Notes: a model not told the origin generated them from the sequence alone. DNA of 64,000 nt from Camelus dromedarius (GCF_036321535.1 NC_087437.1:60142001-60206000), one strand, 5' to 3'. Positions 26,130-40,199 are shown, numbered from the stretch's first letter. Numbers and translations are program-made.

Positions 26130-27660
26130 GATCTGGCTCCTCATCGATATGCTTCCTACTCTTGTCAGAATCACCAAGGATCTCCACTTGTTGTTACATG
26201 CAGTGGTCAATTGCTGGGCCTCATATTTTGACCCATTAGCAACCTTTGAAGCACTGGATCTCTTCTGCCTCTTTGACACACTTGGCTCACCTGGCTACAG
26301 GAGATGGCTCTTCCCTGACTCTTCTCCTGCCTCCTGCCTGTTCCTTCTTTGTCTTCTCCGCAGGTCCCTTCTCTCCTCCCTCACTTTTAAATATCAGAGG
26401 GTCTCGGGGTTCAAATCTAGGGCCACTTCTTTTCTTTATCCACACTCATTCCATTAGTGATCTAATCCAGCTTCAGGGATTTATTTTTTCCAGCCCAGAT
26501 CTCTTCCAGACTGCACTCCACACTCCATTTCTCCCTTTAGATGTGTGAGCATCTCAGTGTTAACATGCTAACAACTGAACTCTAGTCTTCCACTTAAAAT
26601 CTGCCCTCAAATTTCCCCCTCATCTCAGTTAATGGAACTTCATTCTTCTAGTTACTCAGGACAAAATCGTCAAAATCGTCTCAGACATCTCTCTACCTGA
26701 CCCTTACATCTGAGTTGGTAGCCAATCCTGCAGACTTTATTTTTAAACTATATTCAAAATCAGGCCACTTCTCACACCTCTGCTGCTACCAGCCTGGTCC
26801 CAGCCACCGTCATCTCTCTCCTACATTATTGCAGCTGGCTCCTAACTGGTCTCCCTGCTCCCATCCTTGACCTACTTCAGTCTAGTTCCAAACAGCAGTC
26901 AGAGGCATTCTTTCAAAAGCCAGGTCAGATCATGTTACTCCTCTTCTCAGAACCTTCCAGTGGCTCCCATCCAAACCAATGAAGTCAAAGTACAACATCC
27001 CCTGTAATCTGGCCCCAGCTCCCTCAGAGTGCAACCCCACCTCCTTCTTTCCCCCTCATTCGCTCTACTCCAGAGATCCTGGCGGCCTCGTGAGCCCGGA
27101 CTCACTGAGCAAGCTCGTGCCTCCCTTGGCCCTTTGCCGGTTCTCTCAGCGCTAATGCTATTCCCTGGAGCAAGGCAGAGTCACTCCTGAGCTAATAGAA
27201 CATAAGCTTCCTGCCCTCCGCTTGACCAGGCTTCTCTACAGCCCTGAATCTAATTTTATATTGATAATTTTATATTCTTTTTTCTTAATAGAGGTCTCAA
27301 AATTGGGTAAACATCAGGTCCACAAATCTTGAATCTATTCCTGTTCCCAGATATCTGCATGAACTGCTACTTCACCTCCTTCAAGTCTTTGTTTCCATGT
27401 CACCTTCAGAATGAAGCCATTTTAAATTGTACCTCCATCTCTTTGTCTTGGGTATCTTCCTCTCCTCTTTCCTACTTTATCCTTAGCACTGATCACCCTT
27501 GGCAATATTTAGACTTGTTTATCATGTTATTTTCTGTGTCCCTCACTAGGATTTAAGCTCCATGAGAGCAGAGATGTTTATGTGCTTTGTTCCCAGGTAC
27601 ATCTCCGGTGCCTGGAGCAAGCAGTAAGTGCTCAAAAACAAAACTGTCAAATGAATGAAG
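26130..27660 (+). mobile_element. L2 LINE 3' portion (interrupted by MER53)
   Basis: L2 motifs ..ctcctaactggtctccctgct..; ..taagctccatgagagcaga..; 3' end aatgaatgaa. Confidence 0.75.
27171..27343. mobile_element. MER53-like hAT MITE
   Basis: Core gagctaatagaacataagcttc..taattttatatt..ttttttcttaatagagg. Confidence 0.6.
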
Positions 27661-30486
27661 CTCTACTTCTGGAGTGAGGGGGTGGAATAAGCTAATATGT
27701 GTTTGTAGACTCAAAAAGAAAGGCAGTGGGACCCTGAGAAGAGGACAGAGGTAGGAGGAAAGGGCTCGATACCTCAGTCCCTCTGAGAACGCCACACTGT
27801 TGGTGTTTGATCTGGATATACAAGGCTTGATAGAATGTGAATATTCTGTAAGGGGCAGATTCCTAGAATCAGGAGTAGATTTGAGGGGCCCATTTCTGCT
27901 CTATTGTCTCTAAGGCATCTCCCCATGGAAGGATGCTTCCCTTCTGAGTCCCTCTGCTTCAGAGACTTCTCCCATGATAAGAAGTCCCTCTTCCCCAGTA
28001 ATGCCCCAGGATGCTTGCCAGCCCCAGGGGATCACTGAACACCTAAGAGGAGTGGGGTCGAATAGAAGCAAATATAAGAGAAAGGTTATCAGTTTTAGAT
28101 GTAAAGAGTAGGTAAGATTAGCCTGAAGACCGGAAAATAAGACACAGTGGGAACGTCCAAGACAGGTCAGAGTGGACTTGGTCATGAGTCAAGGTGCATG
28201 ACTCTGGACAAATGCCATGAACCATGCAAGAGTGTTCAAGGCTCAACAGTGAGTGGTACGGGCTGAGGGGCGCAGGGGCCGGAGGCTTGGTGGTGTCAGG
28301 AAGCACAGGTGCATCTTGCAGAAGGAAATGCCAAAGCCTAAGTTTCCTGCCAGCTATTCCTACCGCCAAGGACCCATCATCAGCTGACCTGGATCTCTGA
28401 GAAGGTCACTACCTTTCTAAGGCAATCAAAGACCTATAAAACTTCACTTGGAGTATCCCAAGGACTTGAGAGAGAGAGCAGTGGTCAGGGAGGCAAGGTT
28501 CTAAACACTCTCTAAGGATTGAGGTTGCTAGTGCTTTGAATACTATCGAGCATTTGAGAAATAAATGAAAATGATGCATTTTATATGGTAATTTTATTAA
28601 GGGAATACATATCTAAAACTGTGTGGCATCCAAATTTGTTTAGCCTTTGATTTTAGAGGCATCTTCTAAAGCTTTATTTTAATTTAAGCCCATTAAATTG
28701 AATTTCTACTGTTTCTGGCCCAAACTAATTTGTCACACTCAGATTAATTTCTCCTAGAAGAGAAGCAAGGCAATTACGATTGTACCCGTGGTGAGTCACT
28801 CATCACTGGCAGAGGCTTATTAATATTTGAGGGAGTATTATTTACCTAAAATGTTCCGTGATACACTGTTGGATGACAATATTTAATTAAACCATCAACT
28901 CAACATACAGCTTAATTCTTTGTCAGTTAAGTAGAGAGCTCCACCTCTAACCAGTTTGGTTCATTGAGGCTTCTCAATGTGCTGGTATGACTGTTGGAAA
29001 GGGTGCTGGGCTCTTTTCTGGCTCTCCACCCTGTCTCCTGCTTGCGTGCCCTGAATCGCAGGTCTTGGGAACTTGAAAGGGCAGTGAAGTTCATGGAAGA
29101 GTCAGGAGGGCATCACGCTGGATAAAACTAATGGACCTTGAGCACGCTAAGCAAAATTCAGTATTACCCAGGCCTGCCTTGCTGTTCTGTGTGCGCAGAG
29201 GTGGAGGTCCAGGGAAGAGCGGTTGTAAGGTCACATGGCAAGATAGTGGCAGATGCTGGTTTTTTGACTCTGAGAAGTATTCAGACCAGCTACATTGCTA
29301 ATTTCTTATTAGACTCTAGAGTAGGAGTTTGTCACAGCTTTGTCGTTTTGACACAGGTTGCCCTTGACAACCCTCTCCCTCAGAACACTGTGAGAATAAT
29401 AAAGAACAGAACAGGAGGAGTGGACTCCACCATTTTTCAGGGTCTTCTTTGGCTCTCTGCCCTCAGGACAAGGCAGAAGTGGTGAATGCTTCCTTTTCGT
29501 CCCATTGAACCTCGGGGAGCAGAAACACTAGAGAGATGTCAGAAGATGGAGTAAAGACGGGCACAGATGTGAGTGGCTGTGCCCAGGGACTCCTTCACCT
29601 TAGCTGTGATCACAGTGACCCTTGAGTGACTCCATTGCTGTTGCCTTAGGAATCAGGCTACCTGCCACCTCATGTGTTCTTCTGTTTGCTCTGAGTTCTG
29701 GCTAAGACTGGGCAAATATTTCAGCCTGATTTCAGAACAACTTTACCTTCCTGGCCCTGCTGGAACTAGGGGGAAGGTCTGTGCCCAGTCCTGGGAGTAA
29801 AGGTAAAGAGAAGCAGCCTCGGGAGTGCCACGCTGGAGGCAGGAGTTGGGGCTGTGAGGGGCAGTCACACCCCCCAGGGTTGAAATTCTCCCTTCTCTGA
29901 TTACCTTGGAAGGTCTTGGTGGATTTCTTAGTGCTGAAATGAGCAAAGGAGAATGTGCCTATTTAATGTAGTTGTTCCTTCATCTATTTATTTAACAAAT
30001 ATCTATGAAGTGCCCACTATGTGTCCATAATTGCTTATAATATCCCCTCATATCCATAATGTTGGTTCAAGCCCTTCATGTAAGTCCAGCCCACCTGCTT
30101 GAGTATGTGACAGGACTAGTAATTTGTGCCATGGGCGTTGACTGTGTCTCTAGGATTGTCTACTCTCTGCTTCTACTTTCACTCTCCTGATTTGGGGACT
30201 GTGTCTTGCTCACTCCCCAACTCCACTTTTGGTTCCATATCTTAGCTCCTTGGCTCCTGTAGGCTTTTGTTTGTTGTTTATTTGTATTTTAACCTACCGT
30301 GCATTCAGTATTGGTCTAGAATGCGTGTTCCATACAGGAAGGACCTTTGCTGTATCTCCAGTGTCTAGATGAGGGGCTAGTACTTCCCACTGTAGGGGCT
30401 CAATATATATTTGTAGTATACATAAATAAATCTTGGAGTGAAAAAAAAAAGTGTAGGGCAGCACCCCTGCTCTCAGAAGTCTTTTC

Positions 30487-30612
30487 TTTCTTTCAGTTTT
30501 TCTTAGTGGGAGGAGGTAATTTGGTTTATTTATTTAACAGAGGTACTGGGAATTGAACCCAGGACCTCCTGCATGCTTGGCATGCACTCTACCACTGAGC
30601 TATACCATCCCC
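30487..30612 (-). mobile_element. Camelid tRNA-derived SINE (Vic-1 type)
   Basis: tRNA-like head with A/B boxes on -, aataaacc..attacctcc tail; TSD cagaagtcttttc (30474-30486) / caggagtcttttc (30615-30627). Confidence 0.85.
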
Positions 30613-30639
30613 ACCAGGAGTCTTTTCAATTAAAGAAGT

Positions 30640-31400
30640 AATACACTGGTTTGGAGCTTAATTCCCTCCCCCTTGAGTGTAGGCTGGACTCAGTGATTCG
30701 CATCCAAAGAATAATATGGAAAAGGAAAAATAGGAACTTTTCAGCGTAGAAACCTGGCAGACACACTTAACCAAGTGATCTGGTTAACAGCATCAGTGAC
30801 AAGTTATGTTGATAATATTTTTTGTGATTTATTTATCCTTTGTGTATTTTTAAAATTAGATTATTTACCTTTTTCTTATTCACATGTAGGAGCACTTTAT
30901 ATGTTGTGGAATTGTAGCCCTTATGTGTTATATATGTTGCAAATGTTTTCTCTCAGCCAATGATTTGAATGGTGGCTCTCCTTGTACAAAAGTTTAAATT
31001 TTTATGTAGTCTAATCTTTTAGTCTTTTCCTTTATGTCTCCTGGCAATATGTTGGGGTTAGCAAATCCTTTCCCAACCATAAAACTATAAAAATAGGCTC
31101 ATATTTTCCTCTAGTATTTTTATAGTTTCAGTTTTCACTTTTAGATCTTTAATTTTTATGTATTGTATATACATAGATAATTGTCCCTTTATCATTAAAT
31201 AATTTATCTTTTTTTGATTGGCAATGCCACTCTTATCGTATATTAAATTTCCACTAATTTGTGGTTCTGTTTCCGGACTGCTCATTTGTTCCATTAATCT
31301 GCATTTTCTACTCATGCACGTGAACCATACTTTTCTAACTAGCTTAGCTTTATAGTATGTTTTGATCTTATGAGGCATTTTTCAAAATGATCCTGCTTAA
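30640..31400. mobile_element. Old L1 fragments (a + strand 3'UTR piece, then a - strand ORF2 piece)
   Basis: The ORF-track peptide 31085-31378 IKTYYKAKLVRKVW..GNLIYDK is L1 ORF2p-like. Confidence 0.6.
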
Positions 31401-33167
31401 TTTTACATATTTACTCACTCCAAATCAGTTTGGTCAGGTTCTCCATCTCCTGCCTTCCCCCACCCTCCACTGTGGCAGCAGCACGGAGGGCTGGGCCAGG
31501 TAGGCTGGATGTGAGAGGTGAAGGGGAGGACATCTGGGGGAATCTCAGGTTTTAGGCTTGGGTGACTGGGAAGGAGAGAGAAAGGTAGGGGAAGGATGTG
31601 AGGGGCTAAAGGAAACACCTCTAAGGAAAATGGCTAAGACAGAACTGTACACAATAGTGAAAGAAAGAAAAATGACGTGAAAAGTAACTATGCTCCTTTT
31701 CATATGAGATTTTTTCTTTTTCCAATTAATAATATGTCACGTGCTGGGGGTTGCTTGGGAGGGCCCCATTGTTCAAAATCTCTCTGGGCCCAAGATTCCA
31801 CCATATGAGACTCATTTATTTGGGTCTTGAAGGCTTTTTGGTCTTTGAGGCTCTTTTATGAAAAGCTAATATGCCTCCAGAGGCTGTGATTCCCCAGTGC
31901 CCTCTGGACAAAGGCCAGTGAATGTGGACCAAATTTCCCTGGCCATCCTCCCACCACTTACCCTTGTCCTGCCCTCTGTCCACATGCCGCACGCCCCAGT
32001 GCAGCTCCCTGGAGTCACAGCCATTTCCAGACATGCTGGGCGTCTTCACACCTAAGGGACATAATTTTTGCTGTTCCCTATGCCTGGTGTACCCGTCCCC
32101 ATCTCAGTCTGATCAAATGTTACCTATGTAGTAGGTAGAATCACCTATATAGTGTGCCTGCCAAGGAAGGATGGATGTAATCATGACGAAATGATCACAC
32201 AAATCCAGATTTCGGGATATTTTGCAAAAGAGCTAGCCTGGACTCATCAAACTGTCAGTGTAATGAAAGACCCTCTCCCCCATAATAGAAAGGCAGGGTA
32301 CTGATCTCAATTAGTGACATGGTAACTAAATGTAAGTCATGATCCTTGATTGAAATCTTGACTAAGGGGAAAAACTATAAAACAATAAAGGACATTATAG
32401 AAGTAAGTGAAGGAATTTGATTAAAATTAATTAAATCATATGATTGGTATCAGTGTTAAATTTCTTGAATGTGACCATAGTATTATGATTTTATAGGAGA
32501 ATTGCCTTGTTTTTTGAGTTACATACTGAAATATGTGAGTGCTGTGTTATGACGTCAGCAAAGTGTACACGTGCGTGTGTGTCTGCATACACAGAGAGGA
32601 AGGAAATGTGACACACTGTTAACAATTGGTGAATCTAGATTATGGCTATCTGGGTGTTCATTGTACTCTTCCTTCATCTTTTTTGTATGTTTAAACTTTT
32701 TCAAAATAAAAATTTGGAGGAAAAATGTCCTATCTTATAATCTGAGATCCAAGGCAGTCACCTCCTCTGTGAAGCCTTTTCCTGTGCCCTAATCTGAAGG
32801 AATCGCTCCCTCTTCCATCCTCGCAGAGCCTCATGGTTTTGCCTGTAACATCATCCGACCTGAGCTTCCTTGGAGTGGAGTAAGCTGCGGGTGTCTGTCC
32901 ACCTCTGTTGGCTCCGAGTCCCTGGAGGGCAGTGACCGCAGAGACCTGAGGGGATGGAGAGGGTGAAAAGCAAGCTTTACCGTGTGCCCCCTTGGCCTGG
33001 GACAAACCCTCCTAACTCTGGCCCGTGCTCCCCACCTCTGAGTAAGGCTCTCCTGCTCCTGTTGATTCCTGCCTTTCCAGACAGAAAGAGGGACTAATTC
33101 CAGAGTAGAGGGTCTGTTTCAATGCTGTATCAGGGTCCAATCAGGGAAGTAGACTGTTCTGAGTGGG

Positions 33168-33593
33168 TGTATCAGTCACAGTTTTCCTGGGAAACAAACC
33201 AACAGGCTGTGTATGGATGGAGAGAGAGAGAGAGAGAGATGTGTTGATTTTAAGGAACTGGCCCATAAAATTGTAGAGTCTTGGCAAGTCCAAAATCTAC
33301 AGGTTAGGCTGGCAGGGTAAAGACCCAGGGAAGAGTTGCGGTTCAAAACAAAGTTTGTCTGCCAGCAGAATTCCTTTTTCTTTTGGCAAGATAGGTCTTT
33401 TTCTACTAAGGACTTATTTTGGTTGGATGAGGCCTACCTACATTATGGAGGGTAATTTGCTTTACTCGAAGTCCACCAATTTAAATGTTAATCTCATTCA
33501 GAAACAACTTCACAAAGCCATTCAGGATAATGTTTGACCAAATATCTGGGCACTGTAGCCTAGCCAAGTTGACATATAAAATTAACCATCATA
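33168..33593 (-). mobile_element. MLT2-type ERV-L LTR
   Basis: Characteristic ..gatgaggcctacctacattatggagggtaat..ccaagttgacatataaaattaaccatca end and an internal (GA)n tract. Confidence 0.8.
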
Positions 33594-34224
33594 GTTCACT
33601 TCGTGTCAATTTAGCATTCATATACATCTCCCTAGACAAGACATTCTCTGAATAAAGATAATAATGAGGTCAATATTCAACCTACATGATACAACTACCC
33701 TGTATACAACTAAAATGCACTAACCCTTTCCTCAAATGAGGATGCAGCGTCCTTGGGTGATGTTCACTCTTCTTTATATTCCATAACTTAAATACTATGA
33801 TGTAAAGTTGTGATGTAAAACACTATGATGTAGAGTCAAAATATCTTATGTTACATTACAAGGGCATAAGAGAGAAAAGAAAGCTATCACACACATATTC
33901 ATAACAAAATAAGGAAGAAATGCTCATGACAATTACAATCCCGGTTCTGTAACTGGCCACAAGCTTGCAGCTGGTATTTATAATTACCATTTTCCACTGC
34001 CCATTCTATATTCCCTTTACCCTCAGCAGATTATAGTTCTTTACCTGATGGGGTGACCAGTTTCATAAACCTTCATTTGTGAAAGGTCTAGACCATTAGT
34101 AATGCTGCCTGAATTCAGCTGCTGTAATTTTCCATTGACTTTAATTACAGGTATGGTAATACTAAGAGACGCCCTTAAGGGATCTCCTGTGTTCAGGCAC
34201 ACTCTGCCTCACCTCCATTGTGAT
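33594..34224 (-). mobile_element. ERV-L internal 3' remnant (degenerate pol-end/dUTPase region)
   Basis: - strand translation HNGGEAECA*NTGDPL..RLLVLP..PVIKVNGKLQQ..GKGNIEWAVE, like the ERV-L C-terminal region; abuts the MLT2 LTR. Confidence 0.75.
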
Positions 34225-35439
34225 GTTTAAGGGGTGTGTTTTGGCCCCACCTTCTTGCAGCTGATCCTGTGCAAAGCCATCTTACAGTCTTTCTCAGGTC
34301 CTGATTCTGGGTTATGCTCAGGGCACCCCGGATAGTTCTCATTCTGTTCAGGCTGGTTCCTAAGCTCATTTATGCCCACACACACTTGGCAGGGCAAGCT
34401 CATGATGGAGTCAGCCAGAGATGCCCTTGGACATTATTTTTTCTTATGTATCCCTAAGCAAGGGCATCTACCTTGACCCTGTGCTTGTCAGAGGGCCAAA
34501 CTCCCAGACATTTTAAGCTTAAAACAGTGACGAAGCTGAACTTTGCCTCTTCAATGACAAACACACAAACATCCAGAACTCCGAATATTGTATCAATTGG
34601 CTATGCTTATTGTATAAGTGTGAGAAATTCCCTTCCTAGCTAAATGCAAACATTGAGATCACACACAGAAAGCCTGGAAGAGGTTTGCAGGGGTGTCTGT
34701 TACATTCTGTTAACTGAGAATTAAGAGGATTCCAGGTGTACCTGGCTTGTAACTTGCCTGGAGAGGATCCTGAGTGCCAGTAGCACTGAGGGAACCTTGC
34801 TACAGCCAGCTAACATGAAGGACGTCGAGCATGAGAACTGTCAGCAGAAGGAAAACCTTCAAGTCTTGGGAAGAGCCTGGTGTGAGGGGAGGGGTTTGGG
34901 GAGGAACAAATATGCCTTTGGGAAAAGGTGTTGGCAACCCAAAAATGAGAGGCAAGCAGCTTTTGAAATAGTAGGCTCTGTCCCTGGTAGCAATAAGCAG
35001 AAAATATAAATAATACACATTCATTGGGAAAAATTGAAAAGATATTAATCAAAATAAGCATATGGCTTTGTATCCTGGTTTTTACAGCAGTTTATTGTAA
35101 CATATTAAATGTTCTTTGAAAAAATAGAATTTGAAGTTCAGAAAATTAAATTAGGTATAAGGGTTGAAAATTTTGCCCCATATTTTTGTCTTTCAGTTTA
35201 TGTGATCAGTTAGGGCCTCTGATGACTTTTCCTAGTTAAGGGCATCAGATCTTGGCATCTATATTGTACTCATTGAAAGGAATTTCAGCAAAGCAAAGCA
35301 ATTCCAGCTTCTGTTCAGATTACTCACAGAAACATTGCCCAACTGGTTATTAAAAAAAAAACTCTGAACTTCAAGTAGCCTTATAAACTGGGATTTTTAT
35401 TCTTTTTTTCAAAGCAATAAGCTTAGAACAGTTGGTGGT

Positions 35440-35660
35440 GTGCTGAAAGAAAGTCTTTGGAGTGGGACAGACGTGTGGGAACTGTCTCTGCCCTTTCCTA
35501 GCTATGGACAATTATTTGACCTTTCTGGCCACAACCTCCTCAGATGCAAAATGGGCATAATCTCAGTCACTTTTAGGGTTGCTGCAGAGTTGAAGAGAAA
35601 TAATGCACACAAGGCACTTGGCATAGTATCTGGTACACAGCGATCAGTCATTAACTGCCA
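35440..35660 (+). mobile_element. MIR SINE (other MIRs at ~11760-11995, 39540-39700, 55860-56220)
   Basis: MIR core cctcctcagatgcaaaatgggcataat..aaggcacttggcatagtatctggtacacag. Confidence 0.6.
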
Positions 35661-37424
35661 AGTCATATTACTCAAGACAGGGCCCCTGCACGGGATTATT
35701 GCATTCCCAGCACAAAGCACAGTGCCTGGGATGTCAGGACTCAGTCAGCGTGAACTGCATCAAGGAAAGAAGGAAGGGGTTTCACGCAGTGCTGTAGCTC
35801 AGGGAGGACAGGCGCCGGTGGGGACACAGGTATTTTTTATCTCCTCATACAATTCCCTCTTCAAAGATCCCAATTATCTCAAAAGAACTTTGGTTAAATT
35901 TCCAAACTACTCCTCCCCCTGCAACACACAGACACATACACAAAACAACACAACTCTGTGGCTTAAAGAAACAATCATTTTAATTAAATACATTAGAGTC
36001 AAGAGACAGAAAAGGAGTGGGGATGTGGATGCGTGATACATTCCTCTTTCACTGCAAGGTCCAAGCACTAGTTTTCCTTGCTCATTCACTAGAGAGAGAA
36101 GGTTGGGCCTCCAGTTCTCATCCATGGGCAGAATTCAGCGCTAAAGTCACAGTAGGATCAAGAGCTCTTCAGCACACTAGAGTCTGATCATTACAGCTTT
36201 GTCTAGAATAATACATTAGGCTTTTTCTTTCCTTCACTGTCAATTATAGAAAAAGCTACTTGGCACTTCTAAAATTCTGCAGATTAAGGGCATGATTTCT
36301 AACCAAAAAAACCCCAAAAAACAAAATTTTTTAAAAAAGAAAATTCAATCACATCAAACAAATGAAAGACCTGCAGTTGTTTGGGACAGTTTGGTGTTGT
36401 GTTTCTCTATCCCCCAGCAGAACTCAGCACAGCACTTGTAGGCTCCTGGAGGGCTTCTAGGTAACTGGCTAAGGGCAGGATTTAACCTGCACAATCTGGC
36501 ACTCAACACTTACACTAAAGGCAGAGAAGAGCAGCAGCATTCAGAGATGGGGCAGGGCCAGATCTAGAAGGGGAGGGCTGGGGCCTAGGAAGATGAATGA
36601 TTAGCGTGAGCTGGGATTCAGGAAGGGTGTGAACTAGGAGGCAATTAGGAACTAATACAGGGACAGGAACAAACACCGGTTCTCTGGGCAGGGGGATCTT
36701 TGGAAGGTGCTTCATTCTAACTGAGAGTCTTTCAGGATGCTACCCTTCTACAGAGCCTGTCCTGAAGCCTCGTCAGAACTCCCACTACACTTACATATCT
36801 CTCTTCAAGAAGACTTACAGGGCTTCTAATGACTCATTTAGCTTATGTATATGTCTAATTTCCTTCTTGAAGGCTGGATCTAAGGGCTGTTTCCTCCCAA
36901 ACCTAGCTTGGTAATCTGCAACAGCACCCTCCTGGTGTTGAAATGAGATGAAATGTGCTAGGCGCCAAGGACCCAGGCCTGAGACCTTGCATCTGGGCAG
37001 AGGAACTGTTTTTACAGTGGGGGCAGAGGAAGGGGAGGGCAAGGAGACATAATCTTGGTACATGCTGTGTTGGGAGTGACCTGGGTCCCACTCTGTCTCT
37101 GCTTCCACATTCAACCCCAGATCTGAGAGTTTAGTTTCTTCAGTTTGAAGGTCAGCAGCCAGGACCTTGGAAGGAGGGAAAAGGTATAAAATGGGGCTGA
37201 GAATGGCTTTGTTGGGCATTCACCTAGACAGCCTTTCAGCTGGCTCTAACTCCTGGGAGTCTCTGATACTTCCTTCCTGCCTCTGAGAGCTTATTATTGA
37301 TGCCCTAGAGCGCATGGCAACTGGGGAATAAAATGAGCAAACTGATTTCTCGTTAGAAGACTTGAGAAAGGTCTGCTGACAATGACCATGAACAGTGAGC
37401 TGAGATGCCTCTTTTGGATTAACC

Positions 37425-37960
37425 ATTGGCTTAGCCTGGGTTCCCCCCACCAAACAGACTTGGAGCAAGAACTTGTATGCTGGTAGTTTATTTGGGGAAT
37501 GAATCCCAAGGAAGGGTAGTGGAGGACTGGGAAGAGTCAAACAGACAAGGAAGGAAAGAGAAAGGCAATCCAAGGGTGCATTATTGAGCTGATGAAGTCG
37601 GGCACGACTACAGGCAGCCAGGGCTCTATCATCTTAGGTGTGGTATAGAAAGTACCTTGGAACTGCCCACTGGAAGAACAGAAGAGTGGAATATTTCTCC
37701 ACCAGCTCCTGTCTGCCTTGGTCAAAAGTTGTCCCAGGACATGTTAATTCCTTTGCACTTCCAGGTTCATGCATATGTCAGAATGGGCTGTGGCTTCCTG
37801 CAGGGGTCCTAGGCTGCAGCGACAGAGAAGTCTTGAGACAGGAAGATACCAGGTACAGCTGAGGCAAGGTGATTTCAGGTTATACCCGTAAGTGGTTGGT
37901 TGCCACAGCAAAACTGGAATAAAAAGATGGGCCGGGAGGGTGTGAGATCAGCCACTGATC
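37425..37960 (-). mobile_element. LTR16-type ERVL LTR
   Basis: Motif gggttcccc..gaacttgtatgctggtagtttatttgggga; a similar element lies at ~21290-21700. Confidence 0.55.
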
Positions 37961-38959
37961 TTCAAATGTCCTGTCTTTGTCTTCCATAAATAGAACTTTA
38001 TTTCTATTAATTCTCAGTTCACAGACAGCATCTATGGTATTCCTAGGTAGAAATATTAACTCTTCCTTTAGCTGACTACTTTTCTAGCAATGCATGACCT
38101 GCAAAGTGTAACCTGGTGACTCATTATAAAGATTTATGTTATGGCTGTGGCATGCTGTACCAGGGACTATTCTGAAACACAGCACAGAAGCAAGCTTGAG
38201 TATGTCTGTGAAATGGGTACAGAGAACCCAGTGCATCCTACATTTATGGTTCTCCCAGCCTTTAAAGCTCTATGTGCCAGGAGCCGGGGGTAAAGAAGTA
38301 AGACACAGCCTCAGCCCTCAAGAAGCTCAAGTAACAGAAGTGACAGGTTTCATTAAAGTCCCTCCAGGTCCTTCCTTCCTTTCTATTTTCATCTGCCTGA
38401 TCCCTTTCCAGTCAGTCCTTCTCTAATTTGACCTAAACATAGCTCTGCCACTAATTTGCCCCATAGGTTCCTTCTCCTCAGCCGGTTTCTCATCCTGAAA
38501 ACTTGGCAGGGGAGCCTGATCTGTGGCGGATTGACCTCTGGTGTTGTATTGCTGAAACTGAGAAGCTGTACTATTTCTAACTTATTTGTTAAAACCCATA
38601 GGAACAAATTTTTAAATAAATTTCATCTAATCAAAAGACAAATTTAAAAATCAATCAACCAACAACCAGGACGAGCTCGAAAGACAGCAAATGTGCATAG
38701 GACCTGGGAGGAGCCAGGTTTCCTCACTTCCTGGAGCAGCATCTACACCCTGCCCGCAACCCCTCGGGGTTGAAATCTTTTCCCGCCTGCTGCAGAAGGG
38801 GCATGGCGGTGGAGGAAATCTACACCCTCTTTAGGACCAAGACGGACTGGCGGCAGGGTTTAATCTCGGGCTGAGCACCTAGCGACTGGGGGATCCTCTG
38901 CGGGAGAAGGGCTAGGCGGGACTCCGCAGGACGAAGGAGTCGGCGCGGGAACGGTCCCC

Positions 38960-39018
38960 GCCCCGGCGACGCCTGCAGTCTGGCTCCGCCCTGCGCAGCC
39001 CTACGAAGCGAACCCAAG
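38960..39018 (+). other. BDH1: Candidate BDH1 non-coding first exon (start approximate)
   Basis: Strong donor AAG|GTATGT at 39019 just downstream of the GC boxes in the CpG island. Confidence 0.5.
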
Positions 39019-40199
39019 GTATGTAGCAGCACCCCGGTAGCTGAGGCAGGAGGCCGCAGGAGTGGGAGCCGGTTGGGGGGCTTCGAGAAGCAAACGGCGG
39101 TAGCGGCCCGACTCGGTGGTACAAGACCCGAGCGCCGGTACCTGCGAAGCGCGGGGTGACGGCGAACGCACCAGCTGAGCCCCCAGTAGCTGCAGCCCCT
39201 GCACCCGTTTGCTTTGGGGTAAGAGTAGGGGTCCGCAGCTCTGCAGATCGGCTTGATGCACCGGCGCCCTCTTCTTGGTTTGGTTTGAACTTGCACTGCC
39301 TTTTAGCCCGGTCGCCAGGATGCGGGTGGGGAGGGGGACATCAAGTCCTATAGGCTGGGCCCTGGGGCTGCGGCGGGAGTAAGAGTGGAAAGAGGGACCT
39401 ATCCCAACCAGACCCGTCTCATCTCCAGGTTGTCCTCATCCGCCGCCCTCCTGGACCTTCTGTCCAGGGCGTCCGTCCTGACCTTTATTACTCGGAATAA
39501 CATACTTGGCAAAAGGAGTCCTGGTTTGAACACACGGCCCGAGTCTCCCAGGTGAAACCCTCAGCACTTATCCTTCTCAGCGGCCGCGTTTCACAGAAGA
39601 CGAGCCCAGTCCCAATAAGGGAAGAAACTGGCCCAAGGTCACATCGTATTCAGAGGCCGAGCGGTAGTCCTGCCTCCTAGCCCGAGCTCTAGGCACTGCT
39701 CCCTTCTCTCCGGTTCTGCCCCGTATCCCTCGTCTTCCTGCGTCCTCCACGAGGCTCTGTTCTCGGGGATTTGGGGGGTGAGAGTGGGGTGCTTCCTCTC
39801 CTCCCGTTGTGCCCTCGGGAAGAATGCTGGACAGGACAGGCCGCGGTCCCAGCTTCCTTGAGTACAAGCGGAGCTGGCTATTGCTGGAGGACCGTACAGG
39901 CCATAGGACCGGGAGAGGAGGAGGACCGAGCGAGGTGGAGGAGCCATGGGGGCAGGCCGGGGATGCTGGGGTAGTGGTGGGCCCGGGCCAGCGAGTCCTG
40001 GAGCCCCCGCAGCGCACTGGAGCGAGGACAGCCCGGCTTTGTTTGGATGGTGCCATCTCAGCCAATGGGAGCGCCACTGGGGCCGTGCCCCCTCCGCTCC
40101 CCGCCTCTGGTGGATAGGAAGGGACTGCGGCCACGTGATTGGCTGCTCCGTCCAAAGTGTGGGGCTTGGAGCTGCGCTGAGCAAGTTGGCGCCTGCGCG

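Noticed and set aside
35440..36036. 198-aa + strand ORF
   Set aside because: Begins in a MIR, with a non-ATG start and no coding signature.
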